In this document: in pieces, positions 1 through 4,324 of the stretch | Layout: each line of letters begins with the position of its first letter | How positions within the stretch are numbered: position 1 is the stretch's first letter | From: a virus | Reading direction: 5' to 3' (one strand) | IMG/VR virus record: IMGVR_UViG_3300045988_008314 | Span: 1-6,529 of that record | Length of the DNA: 6,529 bases | The notes under the pieces: model-generated | The model's database searches: none | What the model saw: the letters and a program-made list of their open reading frames with translations, nothing else | What the model was told of the DNA's origin: nothing | Made by a program: the position numbers and the translations under genes

Positions 1-141
1 CAATGCCAGGTGATAAGTTTACTTTGAAGCGTCAACATTTTACTCGTACTCAGCCTGTTAACACGTCTGCGTATACTCGTATTCGTGAATACTATGATTG
101 GTTCTGGGTCCCCCTTCACCTTCTTTGGCGCAATGCTCCCG
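1..141. repeat. Left copy of the 141-nt exact terminal redundancy (circular-genome assembly overlap)
   Basis: Base-by-base comparison shows it is identical to 6389-6529. The reading frame of ORF 3..1667 is continuous with the frame opened at 6268 (offset 6388). Confidence 0.97.
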
Positions 142-1667
142 AGGTTATCTCTCAAATGCAGTCTAATGTTCAGCATGCTGGTTCACATACTTCTGCGTTA
201 ACTCTTGGTAATTCTCTTCCTACTGTTACTTTGGCCCAGTTGTCTGACGTTTTTTCTCGCCTTTCCGGTAAGTCTAATTATTTTGGATTTAGCCGTGCAG
301 ATTTGTCTTATAAGTTGATGCAATATCTTCGTTTTGGTAATGCTAATAATTCAACTTCTCATAATTATGGTACTTCTGTTCCATTTAATACTTCTGGTTA
401 TAGTCAGAAATTTCGGTTTAACTTGCATGTGTCTATATTCCCTTTGTTGGCTTATAAGAAATTTTGTCAGGATTATTTTCGTTATTCCCAGTGGCAAGAT
501 TCAAGTCCTTATTTGTGGAATATAGATTATTATACTGGGACTTCTCAGTCCTTGTTTTCATCTATTCCTTCTGTCGGTGATTTATATTGGCAAAGTAATA
601 CCATGTTTGACCTTGAGTATTGTAACTGGAATAAGGATATATTCATGGGTGTTCTTCCTGATTCCCAATTCGGTGATGTGGCGTCTATCGATACAGGTGG
701 ATTGAAGGCTCAGGACTTGTCTGTTCAGGCTAAAATATCTTCTTCCAAAACTACCTCTGTATATCTTGGCAATAAGATTTCTTCCTCTGCCACTGATTTT
801 GCTATTAATCCTGGTCCTGATGGCGTTGCGTCAAATCCTTTGATTGTTTCCCTTCCGGCTGTTGCTGCATCATTTGATGTTCTTGCTCTTCGTCGTGGTG
901 AGGCTCTTCAACGTTGGAAAGAAATTTCTTTGAATGTCCCGCAAAACTATCGTGCTCAGGTTAAGGCTCATTTTGGTGTTGATGTTGGTGAAAATATGTC
1001 CGGTATGTCTACTTATATCGGTGGTGATTCTTCATCTCTTGATATCTCCGAGATTGTCAATACGAATCTTCAATCTGGTGACACTTCTTCTGAGGCTGTT
1101 ATTGCTGGTAAAGGTGTTGGTTCTTCGCAAGGTTCTGAAAAATTCGAGGCTCGTGATTGGGGTGTATTGATGTGTATCTATCACAATGTTCCTCTTTTGG
1201 ATTATGTGTCTTCTGCTCCTGACCCTCAGTTATTTGTTTCTCAGAATACAGATTTGCCTATTCCTGAGTTGGATTCTATTGGTATGCAATCTATTCCTGT
1301 TTCTATGTATTCTAATAGTGATATTGAATTAGTTACTGGATTCAATTCTTCTGATTTTACTATGGGTTATCTTCCCAGGTATTATAATTGGAAGACTTCG
1401 TATGATTATGTATTAGGCTCTTTCACTACTACTGAAAAGGAATGGGTTGCTCCTATTACTCCCGCTATTTGGGGCAATATGTTGTCTACCGTGACTACTG
1501 GTTCGTCTTCTATCACTTATAATATTTTTAAGGTGAATCCTTCTGTTCTTGATAGTATTTTTCAAGTGAATGCCGATTCAAAATGGGATACAGACCAGTT
1601 CTTGATTAACTGTGCGTTTGATGTTAAAGTAGTTCGTAATTTGGATTATTCCGGAATGCCTTATTGA
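3..1667 (+). CDS. VP1: Major capsid protein VP1, residues 42-595 (the 5' end lies at 6268-6390 across the circular junction)
   Basis: This is a 554-codon open frame with T3-rich codon usage, in frame with 6268 given the 6388 offset. The stop is TGA at 1665-1667. It is the largest ORF, in the position expected for a microvirus capsid gene. Confidence 0.93.
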   Translation: MPGDKFTLKRQHFTRTQPVNTSAYTRIREYYDWFWVPLHLLWRNAPEVISQMQSNVQHAGSHTSALTLGNSLPTVTLAQLSDVFSRLSGKSNYFGFSRADLSYKLMQYLRFGNANNSTSHNYGTSVPFNTSGYSQKFRFNLHVSIFPLLAYKKFCQDYFRYSQWQDSSPYLWNIDYYTGTSQSLFSSIPSVGDLYWQSNTMFDLEYCNWNKDIFMGVLPDSQFGDVASIDTGGLKAQDLSVQAKISSSKTTSVYLGNKISSSATDFAINPGPDGVASNPLIVSLPAVAASFDVLALRRGEALQRWKEISLNVPQNYRAQVKAHFGVDVGENMSGMSTYIGGDSSSLDISEIVNTNLQSGDTSSEAVIAGKGVGSSQGSEKFEARDWGVLMCIYHNVPLLDYVSSAPDPQLFVSQNTDLPIPELDSIGMQSIPVSMYSNSDIELVTGFNSSDFTMGYLPRYYNWKTSYDYVLGSFTTTEKEWVAPITPAIWGNMLSTVTTGSSSITYNIFKVNPSVLDSIFQVNADSKWDTDQFLINCAFDVKVVRNLDYSGMPY

Positions 1668-1668
1668 T

Positions 1669-2118
1669 ATGAAAAAGAAAGAATATTTACAACATGATTT
1701 TAATGGTTCTTTTGATGATATTCATACTAAAGTTCCTGTACAAGATAAGTTAATGCAGTTGTCTACTTTTAAAGATAAAGACGGTTCTATTACTATTTCT
1801 ACTGATATTTCGTTGATTTTTAATCAACAAAGATTGGAGAATAAATTGACTGCTACTGAATTGCGTGAATATATTCAGCGTTATACACCTAATAAGTCGG
1901 TGTATACTGCGCAATTGGATGATGAGACTCTTTTGAATACTCTTAAATCGAGACATATTCAATCTCTTTCTGAGATGCGTTCTTGGGCTGAATATTGTAT
2001 GGAAAATTATGATTCATTAATCAAAGAATCTGAGGAAAAGGCCCGTCTTGCTGCTGAGCAGGCTACTCTTGAACAGACTGCTGCTGGTGATTCTTCTGCT
2101 TCTGCAACACCTGAATAG
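1669..2118 (+). CDS. Hypothetical 149-aa protein; possible internal scaffolding or assembly protein (function inferred from position only)
   Basis: Its ATG lies 1 nt after the VP1 stop and its own stop lies 2 nt before the VP2 ATG. Codon usage is T3-rich like the structural genes. The tail is acidic and Ala-rich (EEKARLAAEQATLEQTAAGDSSASATPE). I recognise no family motif. Confidence 0.8.
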   Translation: MKKKEYLQHDFNGSFDDIHTKVPVQDKLMQLSTFKDKDGSITISTDISLIFNQQRLENKLTATELREYIQRYTPNKSVYTAQLDDETLLNTLKSRHIQSLSEMRSWAEYCMENYDSLIKESEEKARLAAEQATLEQTAAGDSSASATPE

Positions 2119-2120
2119 TT

Positions 2121-3314
2121 ATGGCTTTTAAAGATTTTGCGAGCGGATTATTTGGCGGTATTGGTTCTGTGATTTCTGGTGCTATTGGTGCTAAGACCAC
2201 GGCCGATACTAATAAGACTAATCTCAAGATTAATCAGATGAATAATGATTTCAACGCTCGTGAAGCCCAAAAAGCCCGTGATTTTCAGTTGAATATGTGG
2301 AATAGGGAAAATGAGTATAACAAGGCTTCTTCTCAGCGTAAAAGGCTGGAAGAAGCAGGTTATAATCCTTATATGAGTGATGCACAGGCTGGTTCTGCTT
2401 CTGGTATGTCCGGCACTTCTGCTGCTTCTGCTGCTGGTGCTACTCCTCAAATTCCATATACTCCTGATTTTCAGTCTGTTGGTGTTAATTTGGCTTCTGC
2501 GTTGAAAATGATGTCCGAAAAGAAACAAACTGATATTGAGAATCTCAATATGTCTGATTTGTTGCGTTCTCAGATTTGGCAGAATATTGGTGCTACTGAT
2601 TGGCGTAACGCTTCTCCTGAGGCTCGTGCGTATAATCTTTCTCAAGGTCGTAAGGCTGCCGAACTTGGTATGGCTTCTCTTGAGGAGAATCTTTCCAATC
2701 AACGTTGGTCTAATAATTTGCTTGTTGCTAACATTGCGAATTCTCTTCTTGATGCTGAGGCGAAAACTGTTATGAATAAGTATCTCGATGAAAATCAGCG
2801 TGCCGAATTGAATATTAAGGCGGCTAATTATGAGTATCTTATCATGTCTGGCCAAATGAAGCGTCAAGAAGTGAATAATCTTATTGCTGATGAACTTTTG
2901 ACTTATGCGAAAGCGAATGGCCAGAAGATCTCTAATCGTATTGCTGAAGAAACCGCAGATAAATTGATTAAGGCTACTAATAATACCAATATGTATTTTG
3001 GTGGTTATTATGGTTCTCGTGGTTCTTATTCTCGGCAAGATGCATTTCACGATTCTTCTATTCTTCGTTCTCGTGCTGGTTCTGCTGCTGAAGATTATCA
3101 GCAATCTCGATTTGATACGAAGTTACAGCCTTGGCGTGAGGCTGTTAATTCTGCTAATATGATTTTTAATGGTATTGGTTCTGGTTTGGATTCTTATACC
3201 AATTATCAGAATGGTCGTTATAATCGAGGTAGACCTTACTTTATGGATTACGATGAATACTATGATGATAATAACGGAAAGAGTTCCGTTCGTTCTAAAC
3301 GACATCGTAGATAA
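2121..3314 (+). CDS. VP2: Minor capsid / DNA pilot protein VP2 (phiX H analogue), 397 aa
   Basis: The N-terminus is Gly-rich and hydrophobic (FGGIGSVISGAIGA). It is followed by NAREAQKARDFQLNMWNRENEYNKASSQRKRLEEAGYNPYMS, which matches the conserved microvirus VP2 segment (FQErM-N-a-qR---dl-aAGlNP). There is a Ser/Ala low-complexity linker and the gene sits downstream of the capsid gene. Confidence 0.85.
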   Translation: MAFKDFASGLFGGIGSVISGAIGAKTTADTNKTNLKINQMNNDFNAREAQKARDFQLNMWNRENEYNKASSQRKRLEEAGYNPYMSDAQAGSASGMSGTSAASAAGATPQIPYTPDFQSVGVNLASALKMMSEKKQTDIENLNMSDLLRSQIWQNIGATDWRNASPEARAYNLSQGRKAAELGMASLEENLSNQRWSNNLLVANIANSLLDAEAKTVMNKYLDENQRAELNIKAANYEYLIMSGQMKRQEVNNLIADELLTYAKANGQKISNRIAEETADKLIKATNNTNMYFGGYYGSRGSYSRQDAFHDSSILRSRAGSAAEDYQQSRFDTKLQPWREAVNSANMIFNGIGSGLDSYTNYQNGRYNRGRPYFMDYDEYYDDNNGKSSVRSKRHRR

Positions 3315-3347
3315 TCTGTTTCATTATCATGTTTTAATATTGCCTTT

Positions 3348-3385
3348 ATGCACTGGCTCGTGATGAGTCGGTGCATTTTATTTAT
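3348..3385 (+). terminator. Intrinsic terminator of the Rep-to-VP2 transcription unit
   Basis: The hairpin atgcactggctc / gtgat / gagtcggtgcat (3348-3376) has a 12-bp stem including 2 G:U pairs and a 5-nt loop. It is followed by tttatttat (3377-3385) and starts 34 nt after the VP2 stop. Confidence 0.7.
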
Positions 3386-3411
3386 ATAGTTGTTCTCTTT
3401 TGTGCGGAGCA

Positions 3412-3437
3412 AAACGGGTTTCACATCTATCCCGTTT
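3412..3437 (+). repeat. Small hairpin aaacggg / 12-nt loop / cccgttt; its 3' arm is one of two direct TCCCGTTT(T)CC copies (second copy at 3523-3533)
   Basis: The inverted heptamers at 3412-3418 and 3431-3437, and the direct copy at 3524-3530, were read directly from the sequence. Confidence 0.5.
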
Positions 3438-3489
3438 CCACCTCTCTCGTCCGAGATTGGCAAAAGTGACACCAATAAAAATGCAAAAC

Positions 3490-3503
3490 ATGTTATATAA
3501 CAT
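3490..3503. promoter_or_regulatory. Perfect 14-bp palindrome ATGTTATATAACAT, a candidate operator or protein-binding site just upstream of the -33 element
   Basis: It is perfectly self-complementary and is flanked by the 7-bp inverted repeat acaccaa (3469-3475) / ttggtgt (3514-3520). It ends 9 nt before the TTTG at 3513. Confidence 0.4.
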
Positions 3504-3512
3504 ATAATTTAA

Positions 3513-3544
3513 TTTGGTGTATTCCCGTTTTCCCCTTATCTTTG
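3513..3544 (+). promoter_or_regulatory. Bacteroidetes-type promoter for the small-ORF cassette: -33 TTTG (3513-3516), 20-nt spacer, -7 TAtcTTTG (3537-3544)
   Basis: It matches the Bacteroides consensus (TTTG, 19-21 nt, TAnnTTTG) exactly. The ATG of the 59-aa ORF lies 27 nt downstream of the -7 box. Confidence 0.6.
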
Positions 3545-3570
3545 TAATGTAATAATTAAAACGATATATT

Positions 3571-3750
3571 ATGAAACAGAAAGTTAATGATTGGTTATTG
3601 CGGTTGGTTCGCATTGATTCTTGTGGAAATAGAGAAGTCTCTCATGTTTGTCTTTATGACATGTCCAGAACTCAAGTTATGAAACTTGCTGAGGATTATG
3701 GTAAAGATTTTGCTGCTGTTCGTGTGTTTAAACTTGAAGTTATACTTTGA
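3571..3750 (+). CDS. Hypothetical 59-aa protein (MKQKVNDWLLRLVRIDSCGNREVSHVCLYDMSRTQVMKLAEDYGKDFAAVRVFKLEVIL), absent from the supplied ORF track
   Basis: I translated it by hand: ATG at 3571, TGA at 3748-3750. Third positions are T-rich like the bona fide genes. A promoter match lies upstream and a GC hairpin downstream. The composition is non-repetitive and globular-looking. Confidence 0.6.
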   Translation: MKQKVNDWLLRLVRIDSCGNREVSHVCLYDMSRTQVMKLAEDYGKDFAAVRVFKLEVIL

Positions 3751-3762
3751 TTATTATGGTTC

Positions 3763-3806
3763 CCCGCGCGGATTTCGTGCACTTAAGCGCGGGTTTACCT
3801 TATTTA
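3763..3806 (+). terminator. GC-clamped hairpin (cccgcgc / 17-nt loop / gcgcggg) followed by a T-rich tail; possible terminator or attenuator between the two small ORFs
   Basis: The 7-bp all-Watson-Crick stem pairs 3763-3769 with 3787-3793. The loop contains the palindrome gtgcac and the tail is tttaccttattta. The large loop makes it atypical for an intrinsic terminator. Confidence 0.4.
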
Positions 3807-3834
3807 TATTATTAACAATTTAAATTTTACAATT

Positions 3835-4026
3835 ATGAAACTTTTAATGACTGTACAACCGAAAACTGGTGAAAAGCCTTCTGACCCAATGTTGATTGAT
3901 ACAAACGAAAACGATTTGTGTTGCCTCGCTGATGACTTTCTGCGTGCTGGCGATAAGGTTCTGATTTTTCAGCCCGTAACTGAATATAAGGTTACCCCTT
4001 GCGGAAACTGTGACAAAAAAGAATAG
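3835..4026 (+). CDS. Hypothetical 63-aa acidic protein with a Cys pair at each end (CC, then C-G-N-C)
   Basis: The ORF is in the track, on the same strand as all other genes, with an AT-rich leader. A poly-pyrimidine tract follows the stop. There is no family motif and the codon bias is weaker than in the structural genes. Confidence 0.5.
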   Translation: MKLLMTVQPKTGEKPSDPMLIDTNENDLCCLADDFLRAGDKVLIFQPVTEYKVTPCGNCDKKE

Positions 4027-4064
4027 TTTTTCTTTTTTTTCTTCCGACACCGCTTATTATTGAC

Positions 4065-4196
4065 AAATTGTGAAGACTGCACCAAGCGTTATTGTATTGA
4101 AAATTGTTAATATCGTGTGTGTGCGAAGTTTACGTAGCACGCGCGCGAAATTAATAATTTTTGATACAATGTTGATTGGTGCTTTCTTCACAATTT
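4065..4196 (+). other. 132-nt extended hairpin (imperfect inverted repeat); candidate complementary-strand origin or structured element of the encapsidated + strand or of the rep leader
   Basis: Positions i and j pair with i+j=8261 from 4065/4196 to 4124/4137, with no bulges. Of 60 stacked positions, 47 are Watson-Crick, 8 are G:T and 5 are mismatches (4077, 4078, 4086, 4089, 4112). The apex is gaagtttacgta. The inner stem is built from alternating (GT)n on one arm against (GC)n on the other. Confidence 0.85.
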
Positions 4197-4207
4197 ACCT
4201 ACCTTTG
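4176..4207 (+). promoter_or_regulatory. Candidate Bacteroidetes-type promoter for rep and the late block: -7 TAccTTTG (4200-4207) with a partial -33 (TTG at 4176-4178)
   Basis: The -7 box matches TAnnTTTG exactly. The -33 element has only TTG at a 21-nt spacing. It would give a leader of roughly 110 nt before the ATG at 4325. Confidence 0.4.
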
Positions 4208-4324
4208 CGGTTTCGTAAGATTAAAAGTAAAAGTATTCTTTACCTGCGCGGAGCGCAAATTGTTCGCAACTCTGTTGCGTGCTTTATGGATTCTATGTGA
4301 TTAACATCCAAAATAAGAAGAAAT

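Noticed and set aside
1-141. Terminal repeat as a biological DTR, LTR or attachment duplication
   Set aside because: The repeat lies inside the capsid coding sequence and restores a single continuous ORF when circularised. That is the signature of an assembly overlap of a circular genome, not of terminal repeats.
334-525. Hydrophobic +1-frame ORFs inside VP1, VP2 and VP4 (334..525, 934..1170, 2536..2775, 4737..4979, 5616..5840, 3169..3363)
   Set aside because: In the +1 frame the middle codon base is the T-rich third base of the real gene. That makes these ORFs stop-poor and Leu/Ile/Val/Phe-rich by construction, with no independent coding signal.
2148-3104. 318-aa ORF on the - strand opposite VP2
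   Set aside because: It is codon-aligned antisense of a T3-rich gene, so its codons begin with A and cannot be stops. The product is low-complexity (I/R/T/S/N/K). All recognisable microvirus genes are on the + strand.
3486-3512. dif / XerCD-like site around the 14-bp palindrome
   Set aside because: Aligned by eye to the E. coli dif arms, only about half the positions match and the 11-6-11 architecture is not evident. I kept it only as a speculative alternative within the non-coding block finding.
3260-3614. Minus-strand ORFs 3260..3475 and 3378..3614 across the VP2-downstream non-coding block
   Set aside because: They are on the opposite strand to every credible gene and overlap the terminator, promoter and the start of the 59-aa ORF. 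Their products are basic and low-complexity, and I see no promoter motif for them.
4015-4038. A-tract / T-tract hairpin (aaaaaagaa / ttctttttt) after the 63-aa ORF as a terminator
   Set aside because: The stem is almost entirely A:T (one G:C pair) and would be very weak. The poly-pyrimidine run 4027-4045 may simply be low-complexity sequence.
3844-4050. 68-aa minus-strand ORF antisense to the 63-aa ORF
   Set aside because: It mirrors a + strand ORF and has no supporting signals. The + strand reading is favoured by genome organisation, though both are short and neither is proven.
4059-4064. TTGACA (sigma-70 -35 consensus) just 5' of the large hairpin
   Set aside because: There is no TATAAT-like -10 at 16-18 nt spacing, and the other signals indicate a Bacteroidetes host, which does not use this promoter type.
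4070-4300. 76-aa + strand ORF (GTG start) in the rep-upstream region; an internal ATG at 4169 would give 43 aa
   Set aside because: It lies directly on the 132-nt hairpin and the candidate promoter, lacks the T3 codon bias, and starts at GTG inside the stem. It is more likely non-coding. A tiny peptide from ATG 4169 cannot be excluded.
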